DNA from: Lysobacteraceae bacterium | GTDB taxonomy: Bacteria; Pseudomonadota; Gammaproteobacteria; Xanthomonadales; Rhodanobacteraceae | Direction of reading: 5' to 3' | DNA length: 64,000 bases | NCBI GenBank assembly: GCA_004143945.1 | Contig: SEHB01000011.1 | Location: forward strand, 20,070 to 84,069 | In this document: positions 1-8,426 of the stretch, in pieces | Position numbering within the stretch: position 1 is the first letter of the stretch | How the letters are laid out: every line of letters begins with the position of its first letter | Program-made: the position numbers and the translations under genes | Notes under the pieces: generated by a model | Database searches by the model: none | Seen by the model: only the letters and a program-made list of their open reading frames with translations | What the model was told of the DNA's origin: nothing

Positions 1-23
1 CGGAATTCACGTGTGGAGGGGAC

Positions 24-641
24 ATGGACGTCACGTTGAACGCAATGATCGACCGCTATCTGTTGCACGCACTGGAATCGGAACGCGGCGCGGTCGAGGT
101 GTATGCGACATCGCTTTCGACGACGCCGAACTCGGGCTGGCGACGCGAGCTCACGCGGTTCCTCGACGACGCACGCAAGCACGAGCAGTGGATGACCTGC
201 GTTTGCGACCAGCTCGGCATGGATCCGGAGGAGCCGGTCGCCGGCCGCGACCTGATCGCGTTCCAGACCCTGTCGATGATCGAGGCGATCCGCGATGCGT
301 CGCGCAGCGGCGACGCCTTGCTGGTTCCGCTGGTCGCCTCCGAATGCATCGTCCTCGCTGAAACCCGCAACCAGCTGGCATGGGCTCCGTTCACGCGGAT
401 CGCCGCGAACGTCAGGCATGAATGTGTGCAGATCCTCTCCCGCTTCGCGACGGACGTGCGGAGCGAACACGCGCATCACCTCGCGCGGGCGATGCAACGC
501 TCGCGGCGCCTGTGGCGCCGCCGGCTCGGTCTCGACGCGCCGGGTCGCGCGCGCATCGTGCAGATCCCGCATACCGGACCCGCTGCGAACGCGGGGTCCG
601 ATACGGCACAGATGCAGGACCTCGCGGCGACGGCCGCATGA
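24..641 (+). CDS. Ferritin-like four-helix-bundle protein (stress-associated hypothetical family)
   Basis: 205 aa ORF with GGAGG RBS at 15-19; helical pattern ALESE...KHE...AET...HH resembles ferritin-like E/ExxH repeats. Confidence 0.55.
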   Translation: MDVTLNAMIDRYLLHALESERGAVEVYATSLSTTPNSGWRRELTRFLDDARKHEQWMTCVCDQLGMDPEEPVAGRDLIAFQTLSMIEAIRDASRSGDALLVPLVASECIVLAETRNQLAWAPFTRIAANVRHECVQILSRFATDVRSEHAHHLARAMQRSRRLWRRRLGLDAPGRARIVQIPHTGPAANAGSDTAQMQDLAATAA

Positions 642-916
642 GCCGGCGGGCCCGACTGCAAGCCACGCGTGCGCGCCGCGCCGAACAGCGCTCACGCGAG
701 GACGAACCGCCTACGCACCGCGCTGCACGCGCTGCCGGCCCCGCTCGCGTGCGCGCGCCGCGCATGGGCGTCGCGCGGCGTCGCGTCGGACGCCCGATCG
801 CACGCGCGACGTGAAAGAAGTACGCTGAACGGAAAGCGCAACGGAAACGTTTTCCCGTTGTCGAGGCAGGCGGGCCCGGCTAATTTGCGCTACCCGTTCG
901 ACTTCATGGAGTGGCC

Positions 917-1237
917 ATGTACGACATCCTCGACCCGCTCGTTTTGCCGCGTAAGCTCGGAACGATCTCGACCGCCCCGGCCCTGGTCGCGCGCGAAGCG
1001 AGCCGCGCGCTCAAGGCATTCGGCGTGCCGACCACGGTCTTCCTCGATCGCAATGGCGACGTGTACGCGCAGCCCGCGGTGTACGCTCACGACCATCCGG
1101 TGGACGAGATCGTCGGCATCTATTCGAGCGGCATCGACACCTCGGACATCGCCGAGGACCTCGGCATCACGCTTGGCGCACGCCTCGCGGCGATCGGCAT
1201 GCTCGAGAACTGGGGCGAGGCGCCTCGCGCGGCGTGA
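917..1237 (+). CDS. Hypothetical protein (106 aa)
   Basis: GGAG at 908-911 then ATG 917 (MYDILDP...); balanced amino-acid composition unlike the Arg/Ala-rich shadow ORFs. Confidence 0.65.
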   Translation: MYDILDPLVLPRKLGTISTAPALVAREASRALKAFGVPTTVFLDRNGDVYAQPAVYAHDHPVDEIVGIYSSGIDTSDIAEDLGITLGARLAAIGMLENWGEAPRAA

Positions 1238-1283
1238 GGGCTTGCCGACCGCGTCGAGCGGGAAGCCGGAACTCTCGAGACGC

Positions 1284-1428
1284 AGCTGCGTGGAAGGGCT
1301 TCAGCCCCGAGCTCTGCGCGCGATCCCTTGGGTCTTGCGGGAGGGACTTGAGCCTCGAGTTCTTCACCGATCGCTCAGGCCTTGTGGGAGGGGCTTCAGC
1401 CGCGAGCTCTTGGCTGGATCCCTGAGGC
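1284..1428 (+). repeat. Three tandem degenerate ~47 bp units, each containing one REP
   Basis: REP-like cores at 1290-1310, 1336-1358 and 1383-1405 (tgtgggaggggcttcagccgcga), period 47 bp. Confidence 0.7.
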
Positions 1429-1478
1429 CAGCTCACCTCAAACGACCCCTGCAGCCGGCCTCTGCACGCCATTGAGTG

Positions 1479-1562
1479 TGCCCGGACCCGGACTCGAACC
1501 GGGATGACCTTGCGGTCGAGGGATTTTAAGTCCCTTGCGGCTACCGATTTCGCCATCCGGGC
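1479..1562 (-). tRNA. tRNA-Leu(TAA), CCA not encoded
   Basis: Reverse complement folds as a cloverleaf: acceptor GCCCGGA/TCCGGGC, anticodon arm AGGGA-CTTAAAA-TCCCT, long variable arm, T-loop TTCGAGT. Confidence 0.97.
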
Positions 1563-1572
1563 AATGGCGTGG

Positions 1573-1601
1573 ATGGTAGCAGCCTGCCCTGGCCGCGCGA
1601 A
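1573..1601 (-). promoter_or_regulatory. Putative sigma70 promoter of tRNA-Leu
   Basis: TTCGCG-17bp-TACCAT with extended -10 TG and GC-rich discriminator just upstream of the tRNA 5' end. Confidence 0.5.
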
Positions 1602-1616
1602 TCGCGCAGCCAGGGC
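1586..1616. other. Stem-loop downstream of sodC (possible terminator or stabiliser)
   Basis: gccctggc-c-gcgcga-a-tcgcgc-a-gccagggc; no U-tract. Confidence 0.4.
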
Positions 1617-1624
1617 GATCACGC

Positions 1625-2164
1625 TCAGTTCGCCTCGATCACGCCGCACGCGATGCGCGCGCCGGAATTGCCGGCGGGCTGGGAGGTGTAGTCGTCGGGA
1701 TCGGCGTGGACGACGATCGCGCGGCCGATGATGTCGTTCGCGGCACCGAGCGACACGCCGGTGATGCGTGCATCCACCTGCGCGCTTCCGGATGCGTCGG
1801 CGCGTACGTTTGGAACGTCGCCCGCATGATGCGGACCCGACAACGGGTTGCCGTGTGCGCTCGACGTCGGGTTGTAGTGACCGCCCGCGCTGCTCGCATC
1901 GAGCGCGCTGCAGTCGCCCTTCTCGTGAACATGGAAGCCGTGCTCGGCGCCAGGCTTGAGGCCCTGCAGGGTCCCGCTCACGTGCACGCCGTCTGCAGCC
2001 TGGCGCAACTTCAACTCGCCCCGGGCGAGCTGGCCCTGGGTCGATGCGAGTGAAACGTGCGCGGCGCGTGCACCATCACGGGCATCACTAGCGCCATCGC
2101 GCGCGTGGGTACCGGCACAGGCGGAAAGTGCGAGTGCGAGCAGGCTCAGCGGCAACATGCGCAT
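1625..2164 (-). CDS. sodC: Cu/Zn superoxide dismutase, lipoprotein
   Basis: Lipobox LSAC; HGFHVH, GGHYNP, HGNP..HHAGD, HADPDD and GARIACG motifs; GAGGAG RBS. Confidence 0.95.
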   Translation of the reverse strand: MRMLPLSLLALALSACAGTHARDGASDARDGARAAHVSLASTQGQLARGELKLRQAADGVHVSGTLQGLKPGAEHGFHVHEKGDCSALDASSAGGHYNPTSSAHGNPLSGPHHAGDVPNVRADASGSAQVDARITGVSLGAANDIIGRAIVVHADPDDYTSQPAGNSGARIACGVIEAN

Positions 2165-2327
2165 CGGAGTACTCCTCTTTTCTTCGGATGTGGCGAACAG
2201 TGTGGTGCGCGCGGGGCTACCGCGGCTGAACTGGGCCAGCCTGTTCACTCGCGAGCAGGGCAACAGCCTGCAGCATGCCTGCACTGGCGGACGCCTGCAT
2301 CCGCCGCCAAACACGAGGTGGATCCCG

Positions 2328-2585
2328 ATGACCCTGCGACGCGACGAAGTGGAATCCATGCTGGATGAACTCGAGCGCGGGCTGCCGCGCATGATCGAAC
2401 GCTACGAAACGCCGGAGGCGTTCTGGCCGATCTTCGCCGGTTCCGTCGACGTGATCCTCGAGGGATGCGAAGCGAACGACTCCGTCTATGCGCGCGGCCG
2501 CGTCGAACGCCTGCGCGAACGCGCGCTGCAACTCGGCATGGCGGCGCCCGCCGGCGACGATCGATCGGGCGCCACCGCGGGCTGA
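2328..2585 (+). CDS. Small hypothetical protein (85 aa)
   Basis: GAGGTG RBS at 2315-2320, ATG 2328, MTLRRDEVESMLDELERGLP...; divergent from sodC. Confidence 0.7.
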   Translation: MTLRRDEVESMLDELERGLPRMIERYETPEAFWPIFAGSVDVILEGCEANDSVYARGRVERLRERALQLGMAAPAGDDRSGATAG

Positions 2586-2592
2586 CGGGGAG

Positions 2593-2949
2593 TCAGGCGG
2601 CTGCGTCGCGCGCACCTGCAGTGCAGCCGGCGTGGCCGCAGCCGCATCCGGAACCGGTATGGGCGCCGGCCGCAGTACGGCAATGTTCGCTGCACCACTG
2701 CTCGCCCGCAGTCACGCTGCACGCGCACGCGCCGTGTGCGCAGCGCGTCCCACCGCCCGTGTCCGAGTCCGACCTCACGGCGGGGACGAACGGCGACACC
2801 GGATCGCTGGTCGGGAAGGTTTCCTCGAGCGCTTCGTCGAGCGCAGCGCTTTCCTTCGCCTTGCGCGACGCGCGCTCATGCGCGGTTTCTTCCACCGGCG
2901 CGCCCGTCTCGGCGCGATGCGGCGGATCCTTGCGGTCTCTTGTAGTCAT
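2593..2949 (-). CDS. LDEALEETFPTSDP-motif protein fused to a Cys/His-rich metallothionein-like domain
   Basis: 118 aa; GAGG RBS; C-terminal CAHGACAC...WCSEHC...GCGCGHAGC with 8 Cys and 4 His. Confidence 0.7.
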   Translation of the reverse strand: MTTRDRKDPPHRAETGAPVEETAHERASRKAKESAALDEALEETFPTSDPVSPFVPAVRSDSDTGGGTRCAHGACACSVTAGEQWCSEHCRTAAGAHTGSGCGCGHAGCTAGARDAAA

Positions 2950-3075
2950 CGGATGGCTTCCTCGCTGAAATGGGGCTTGCATCTCATTGGAAGACGCCAC
3001 AGCCCAACGCCGACTGACTCGAGCGCTTCCTCGCAAGGTGTCGTTCAGAGCCCGAGTTGCATGCGCCGCGCGCGA

Positions 3076-3636
3076 TCAGCGGTTCTCCGCGGGCAGCCGG
3101 TGTGGTGAGCGGCGCGCCCGCAGCAACTCCTCGACGTAGGGACCCACTGAAAGCAGCGCCACTCCGACTGCGAGCGCAACGCCGTAGGCAGCCGGTGGCG
3201 CCTGCTCGTTCAGCACGGGATCGAACCGCGCAGCCTCGGTCCCGAGACCGAACAGCGCAAGGAACTGCGGCCACTCCGCCGTCGCGACCAGCATGAGGAT
3301 GACCATCGGGCACGCTTCGAGCACGCTGTGGATCATCTGCTCGAGCACCCCGATCCTGCGACTCGACGTCGCGATGCGCAGGTCGAACCACGTCGTCGCT
3401 TCGTGCAAGAGTGCCCCGACGATGAGCACGGCGAACACGAGCGCGTTCGCCTGCAAGTAGATCGCGGCCAGCAGCGGAATGCCCATTTCCGCGAGCAGCA
3501 GCAGGTGCAGGGCCGATTCGGTCGCGCCGCTGGTGCGCTCGATATGGCTGCGCCGGTGGCACAGCCAGTCCGCGAAGCCCGCGAGCAACCACACCGGCAC
3601 GACGACATACAGCAACAGCGAGTACTGGGGCATCAC
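3076..3636 (-). CDS. Conserved integral membrane protein (no GGDEF motif, though the family is often labelled diguanylate cyclase)
   Basis: About 4 hydrophobic segments; W-L-L-A-G-F-A-D-W-L-C-H-R-R, H..E and E...H motifs; start directly follows the upstream stop. Confidence 0.75.
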   Translation of the reverse strand: MMPQYSLLLYVVVPVWLLAGFADWLCHRRSHIERTSGATESALHLLLLAEMGIPLLAAIYLQANALVFAVLIVGALLHEATTWFDLRIATSSRRIGVLEQMIHSVLEACPMVILMLVATAEWPQFLALFGLGTEAARFDPVLNEQAPPAAYGVALAVGVALLSVGPYVEELLRARRSPHRLPAENR

Positions 3637-3637
3637 G

Positions 3638-4108
3638 TCAGGGTCCTCCCGGCTTCGCGACCATCAGGTAGAAGATCGCGAGGAATGCGAGCAGCGCGGG
3701 CACGCCGAGCGCGAACCATGCGAGGAAGCAGCGATGGAACGCGCTCGGAAGCACCGCGCCCTTGCGCGCGGCCTGCACGGCGAGATCGCGCATGCGGATC
3801 TGCAGCCAGACCACGGGCAGCCAGCACGCGACCGCGAGCACGTAGAGCACGATCGACACCTCGAGCCACCAGGCATCGATCGGAAGCCGGGCGATGCGCA
3901 TGAGCCACCATCCCGTCACCGGTTGCAGCACGATGGTGGTCGCGGTGAACAGCCAGTCTGCGCGCACGACCCAGGCGGCGACACGCGCGACGAGGCGCGC
4001 ATCGCGCGAGAGGCTCGCACACAACAGGTAGAACGCCGATCCGATGCCGGTGCCGAACAGGATCGTCGAGGACACGATGTGCAGCCATTTGACCAGCAGG
4101 TAGCTCAT
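3638..4108 (-). CDS. DUF2269-family integral membrane protein
   Basis: YLLVKWLHIVSSTILFGTGIGSAF, ADWLFT, C-terminal FYLMVAKP; ATGA overlap with upstream gene. Confidence 0.85.
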   Translation of the reverse strand: MSYLLVKWLHIVSSTILFGTGIGSAFYLLCASLSRDARLVARVAAWVVRADWLFTATTIVLQPVTGWWLMRIARLPIDAWWLEVSIVLYVLAVACWLPVVWLQIRMRDLAVQAARKGAVLPSAFHRCFLAWFALGVPALLAFLAIFYLMVAKPGGP

Positions 4109-5388
4109 GCGCGTTCGCTCCAGCGCAGCAGCACGAGTGCCGCGAGCATCGGCAGGTTCTTGACGATCGGCGCGAACGGATGCAGCAACAGCTCGGGCAG
4201 GAACATGCCGATCAGCAGCGTATAGCCCGCGATCAGCACCATCTGGGCCTCGTAGAGCCGCCTCAGCGGCGCGCCGGCGAGGACCAGCGTACCGATGCCG
4301 AACGCGATGTCGAGCGCGGCCGCTCCATATAGCGCGACTGACGCGAGGCTGCCATGGAGTCCGACCCGCGCGAGCATCGCGAGGCTTTGCTCGATAGGCC
4401 AGAGGCCGAGCGAAACGACTCCCGAGACGATCCAGACCAGCGCGAGGCTCCAGCGAAGCCACGTGGTCGCGAACTGCACGCGTTGCTCGCGCAGCAGGCG
4501 TTCGGCCTCCGGGCGGGGAATGAAGGCCGAAGCCGCGCGCGGCGAACGGCCGAGCAGCGCGATGATCGGCCCCGCGTCCGCGCAGTTGCCGCGCTCGAGC
4601 ATCGCGAGGCGCTCGCTGTCGATCGGCATCCGCGCGAAGCGGTCGCCTATGCGCGCAATCACGCGCATCAGCGAGACCGGCACCCGGAGCTGCCACGCAC
4701 GCCCTGCCCCGAGCGCCGCGCGAAGCAGGGACAGGTACTGCCGGAGTTCAAGGCACTGCGGGCCCACCGCCGCGATTCGCGGCGGCATGCGATCGACCTC
4801 GATCAGACCCGCGATCGCGTCGCAGAGATCATCGACGTGGATCGGCTGCACCCGCTGGCGCCCCTGGCCGGGCAGCATTTGAACCGGCGCCGCGGCCATG
4901 CGCAGGAAAAGCCGAGCGCTCTGCCCGCCCGCACCGAAGACGAGCGACGGCTGAACGATCACCGCATGCGAATGACGCGACGCGAGCGCCTCGTCGGCTT
5001 CGCGCTTGCTGCGATGGTAGGCTGAAACAGCGCCCGCGTCGGCGCCGAGCGCGGACACCTGGATGAACCGCTCGACCCCGGCTGCCGACGCGGCGTCGAA
5101 CAATGCGACGGGAGCCTCGACATGCAGGTTGCGAAAGGTCTGGCCGCGCGCCTCGCGAATGATGCCGACCGTGTTCACGACCGCGCCGACGCCCTCGAGC
5201 AGCGGCCTCCAGGCATCGGGCCGTGTCGCGCTCGCGAAGTCCACCGCCCGTGCGTCGATGCCGGGCCAACGCGCGAGCGCGGCCGCAGGATCGCGTACGG
5301 CGACGCGCAGCGCGTGACCGCCATGCTGCAGGCGCTCCACCAGCGCCGAGCCGATGAACCCGGTCGCGCCCGTCACGAGGATCAGCAT
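4105..5388 (-). CDS. NAD(P)-binding SDR/epimerase-family protein with C-terminal DoxX-like membrane domain
   Basis: TGATGFIG Rossmann motif, YHRSK catalytic motif, C-terminal TM region ending HPFAPIVKNLPML. Confidence 0.88.
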   Translation of the reverse strand: MLILVTGATGFIGSALVERLQHGGHALRVAVRDPAAALARWPGIDARAVDFASATRPDAWRPLLEGVGAVVNTVGIIREARGQTFRNLHVEAPVALFDAASAAGVERFIQVSALGADAGAVSAYHRSKREADEALASRHSHAVIVQPSLVFGAGGQSARLFLRMAAAPVQMLPGQGRQRVQPIHVDDLCDAIAGLIEVDRMPPRIAAVGPQCLELRQYLSLLRAALGAGRAWQLRVPVSLMRVIARIGDRFARMPIDSERLAMLERGNCADAGPIIALLGRSPRAASAFIPRPEAERLLREQRVQFATTWLRWSLALVWIVSGVVSLGLWPIEQSLAMLARVGLHGSLASVALYGAAALDIAFGIGTLVLAGAPLRRLYEAQMVLIAGYTLLIGMFLPELLLHPFAPIVKNLPMLAALVLLRWSERA

Positions 5389-5420
5389 CGCGCGCGCCCC
5401 GCAACACACGGGGCGCGCGC

Positions 5421-5963
5421 ATGACGCGCGCATCCGCGCGCGGCCTGCACGCGCTCTTTACGGGGAGCCTCGCAAGCCTCGCGTCGAGCGTGGTGATCGT
5501 CGCCGAAAGCCAGCGGCTCACGCGCAATGCGGCTGCCGCGACGAATGCGACGAGCCAGTGGGTCTGGGGCGACGAAGCGCATCGCCGCCCTCATGCGAGC
5601 CTGCGCCATACCGCGGTCGGCTACCTGATCCACCATGCGAGTTCCGTCTTCTGGGCCGTGCAGTTCGAATCGCGCACGCTGGGGCGGCTCGTCCGCGGCG
5701 ACGCTGCGCGCGCCGCGCTCGTCGCATCCGCCGCGGCGGTGGTCGATTATGGCCTGATGCCGCGCCGCTTCACGCCCGGATTCGAACATCGGCTGCCGCT
5801 GCGATCGATCGCAGCCATTTATGCCGCATTCGGCGTCGGGCTCTGGATCGCGGCGCGCATCCATCGCAGGCCGGCTCAGTCCGGGACTTCGAGTCGTTCG
5901 AGTCCGCGCGCCGCGGGACCGTTGAGCACGCGCCCGTCGCGCGGATCGAAGCGCGAGCCGTGA
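5421..5963 (+). CDS. Hypothetical membrane protein (paralog of 7383-7913)
   Basis: N.TSQW.WGDEA, IHHAS, DY...P.RFTPGFE motifs shared with 7383-7913; 3' end overlaps convergent gene by 88 bp. Confidence 0.7.
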   Translation: MTRASARGLHALFTGSLASLASSVVIVAESQRLTRNAAAATNATSQWVWGDEAHRRPHASLRHTAVGYLIHHASSVFWAVQFESRTLGRLVRGDAARAALVASAAAVVDYGLMPRRFTPGFEHRLPLRSIAAIYAAFGVGLWIAARIHRRPAQSGTSSRSSPRAAGPLSTRPSRGSKREP

Positions 5964-7390
5964 CACGGACAGTCCCAGGTCCGTTCGACCGCATTCCAGC
6001 GCACGATGCAGCCCAGATGCGGGCAGACCGCCGAGTAGGCGCAGAGTGCGCCGTCCTCGCGGCGGCACACGGCGATGCGATGCACGCCCTGGCGCACGAT
6101 AGTGCCGTCGAGCGGATCGAGCGGGCGCTCGTCGCCGGGCGCGATCCAGTCGCGGTACTGCGCGACGACGTTCGCGTTCTCCGAGGCCCAGGTCGCGAGC
6201 GCATGCACGGGTTTGCGGCGCGGATCGTAGAGCGATTCGCAGGCGTTGGCATTGCCGAGGATCAGGTCCGGTATCAGTTCGGCAGCGACCGTCGCATGCG
6301 TGAGGCCGTTGCCGGAGTCTCCGGTCACGACGAAGACGTTCTCCTTGCCGCCGGGGTCGCGCCCGATGAACGCGAGTCCATCGACGGGTTCGAGCACCTG
6401 CCCGGACCAGCTCCACTCGGGTGATCCGGTCGACGGGATGCGTTCGCGTGTCCAGTCGAGCAACGCCTCGAAGCTCGCGTGGTCAGGTCCCTGTCCGGTC
6501 TTGTGGTCTGCGCCCCCTACGATGAGCCAGCTGCGCTCCCCGCTTTGGTCATCGACTCGGCGCAGATAGTGGTAGGGGTCCCCCATGTCCCAGAGCAGGA
6601 TGTCGGGGAACGCATCGCGCGCGATCGGACACGCGATCACGTAAGTGCGATACGGCGCCTGCTTGGTGTGGACCGCGACGGCTTCGTGGAACGGCACGTT
6701 GCTCGCGAGCACGACTGCATGCGCGGCGATCTCCTCGCCGCCGGCAGTACGGATCCTCGCGACCGGCCCGCCTTCCAACCCGCCGACGTCGGCCCGCAAC
6801 CACTCGCCGCCGCGCTCTCGCACGGCGCGTGCGAGGCCGGCGAGGTAGCGCGCGGGGTCGAAGCGCGCCTGCGCGCCGAAGCGCAGCGCGCGGCCTTCTC
6901 CCTCGATGGGCGCGCGCTCGCACAACTCGACCTCGAGTCCCGCGCGCAGCGCCGCGGCGTATTCGCGGTCTATTTCGTCCTCGCTGGAAGCGCCCTCCTC
7001 GATCAGCCAGCCGTCGACGCGCGCGAACGCACAGTCGATCGCGTAGTCCCGGCACCAGCATTCGATGCGCTCGATCGCGCGCGCATGGCTCTGCGCGGCT
7101 TCGCGCGCGCCTTCGAGACCGTGCCAGCGCTCGAGCGCGTGGAAGCGATCATCGAGCGCGCTCGCGAGATGCGCGCTCGTGCGCAGGGTCTGGCCCGCGC
7201 CGATCGCCTCGCGCTCGACCACGAGCACGCGGCGCCCGCGTTCGAGCAGCGCGAGCGCGACCGATAGGCCGGCGATACCCGCGCCGACGACGACGACATC
7301 CTCGATCGCCGTCGATACCCGCGTGGACATGGGCGGAATCTCCGGCAGCGCGGCCCGGGTGCGCATCCAGAAGGAAGTCGTCTCATTCAT
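5876..7390 (-). CDS. FAD-dependent oxidoreductase with C-terminal Rieske [2Fe-2S] domain (YhfW-like)
   Basis: GAGIAG FAD motif; CPHLGC and CPCHGS Rieske motifs; GGAGAGG RBS before ATG 7390. Confidence 0.92.
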   Translation of the reverse strand: MNETTSFWMRTRAALPEIPPMSTRVSTAIEDVVVVGAGIAGLSVALALLERGRRVLVVEREAIGAGQTLRTSAHLASALDDRFHALERWHGLEGAREAAQSHARAIERIECWCRDYAIDCAFARVDGWLIEEGASSEDEIDREYAAALRAGLEVELCERAPIEGEGRALRFGAQARFDPARYLAGLARAVRERGGEWLRADVGGLEGGPVARIRTAGGEEIAAHAVVLASNVPFHEAVAVHTKQAPYRTYVIACPIARDAFPDILLWDMGDPYHYLRRVDDQSGERSWLIVGGADHKTGQGPDHASFEALLDWTRERIPSTGSPEWSWSGQVLEPVDGLAFIGRDPGGKENVFVVTGDSGNGLTHATVAAELIPDLILGNANACESLYDPRRKPVHALATWASENANVVAQYRDWIAPGDERPLDPLDGTIVRQGVHRIAVCRREDGALCAYSAVCPHLGCIVRWNAVERTWDCPCHGSRFDPRDGRVLNGPAARGLERLEVPD

Positions 7391-7913
7391 GCGCCTCTCC
7401 ATGGGCGATCGGAAGCTGGCGCAACCGGTGTGCAATGTGCGCCGCAAGCCGTTTGGGCGGATGCTGGATGGACGAACCGATCGCAAGGCCGGCCGCGAGC
7501 GAGGCAAACACGAGCGCGATGCCGCCGCGAGACAACTGACCTTCATAGCCAGGTGAAAGTCGGCGCGGCAGAATCCCGTAATCGAGCAGGGCAGCGAACA
7601 TCATGACCGCGCCTGCGCGCACCGCTGGCCTGGGCATCGCCGCCGCGAGTCGCGGGTGCTCATGCACGGCTGCCCACCAATGCGCGCTCGCGTGATGGAT
7701 CAGCAGCGCCGGCAACGTGAAGCGAGCGCGCAGGCGTCGTTCGCGAAGCGCCTCGTCCCCTCGCAGGAGCTGACTCGATCCGTTGAGCGCCGCGACTGCG
7801 GAGCCTGCCTCGCACCTGGAAACGAGCAGCAGCGCCAGGAGCCCGGCGGCACTCGTGATGCAGCCCGTCACGAGCGTGCGCTTCGCGTAGATCACCCGTT
7901 CCAGTGGTGCCAT
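7383..7913 (-). CDS. Hypothetical membrane protein (paralog of 5421-5963)
   Basis: LNGSSQLLRGDEA, IHHAS, DYGILPRRLSPGYE; stop overlaps the start of the oxidoreductase (ATGAATGA). Confidence 0.7.
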   Translation of the reverse strand: MAPLERVIYAKRTLVTGCITSAAGLLALLLVSRCEAGSAVAALNGSSQLLRGDEALRERRLRARFTLPALLIHHASAHWWAAVHEHPRLAAAMPRPAVRAGAVMMFAALLDYGILPRRLSPGYEGQLSRGGIALVFASLAAGLAIGSSIQHPPKRLAAHIAHRLRQLPIAHGEAHE

Positions 7914-7976
7914 GTTCGCCTCGCTTCCTGCAGAGTTCGTCGATGAGGCGAGTTCGGCGCAGTCGCCGACCCTTCG

Positions 7977-8426
7977 TCAGGACGTGCGGCGTGCGCGCGT
8001 CCGCGCGGCCTTTTTCGCCGCGGCAGAGCGCTTCGCGCTGTTGCTCGCACGCGTGGCTGCGGCCTTCTTCGCGGCCGACTTGCGCGTGGCGGACTTCTTG
8101 GCGGGGGAGGTCCTGCCGGAGGATCTCGTCGACGAGCGCTTCGATGCGGCTCGTTTCGTCGCCGCCTTGCGTACGGGTTTCCTTGCGGCGGATTTCTTCG
8201 CGGGCGACTTCCTCGCGCCCGACGAGGTGGACGTGGCCTTCTTGCGCGCGGGTTTCTTCTTCGCGGCCCCGGGCCCCTTGGCCCCGCCATCCTGCTTGTT
8301 GACCGTGGCCCACGCGCGCTTGGCCGCGGTCTTCTTCGATACGCCCTTCTTCTCGTAGCCTTCCTCGATGTGCTCGGCCTGCCGCTTCTGCTTGCTCGAA
8401 TACGAGGACTTGTCTCCGCGGGGCAT
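7977..8426 (-). CDS. Lys/Ala/Ser-rich histone H1-like protein with conserved N-terminal MPRGDKSSY domain
   Basis: MPRGDKSSYSSKQKRQAEHIEEGYEKKG...AWATVNK followed by PAKK/AAKK repeats; GGAG RBS. Confidence 0.85.
   Translation of the reverse strand: MPRGDKSSYSSKQKRQAEHIEEGYEKKGVSKKTAAKRAWATVNKQDGGAKGPGAAKKKPARKKATSTSSGARKSPAKKSAARKPVRKAATKRAASKRSSTRSSGRTSPAKKSATRKSAAKKAAATRASNSAKRSAAAKKAARTRARRTS

Noticed and set aside
3076-3636. Diguanylate cyclase label for this membrane protein
   Set aside because: No GGDEF/GGEEF motif or cytoplasmic domain of adequate size.
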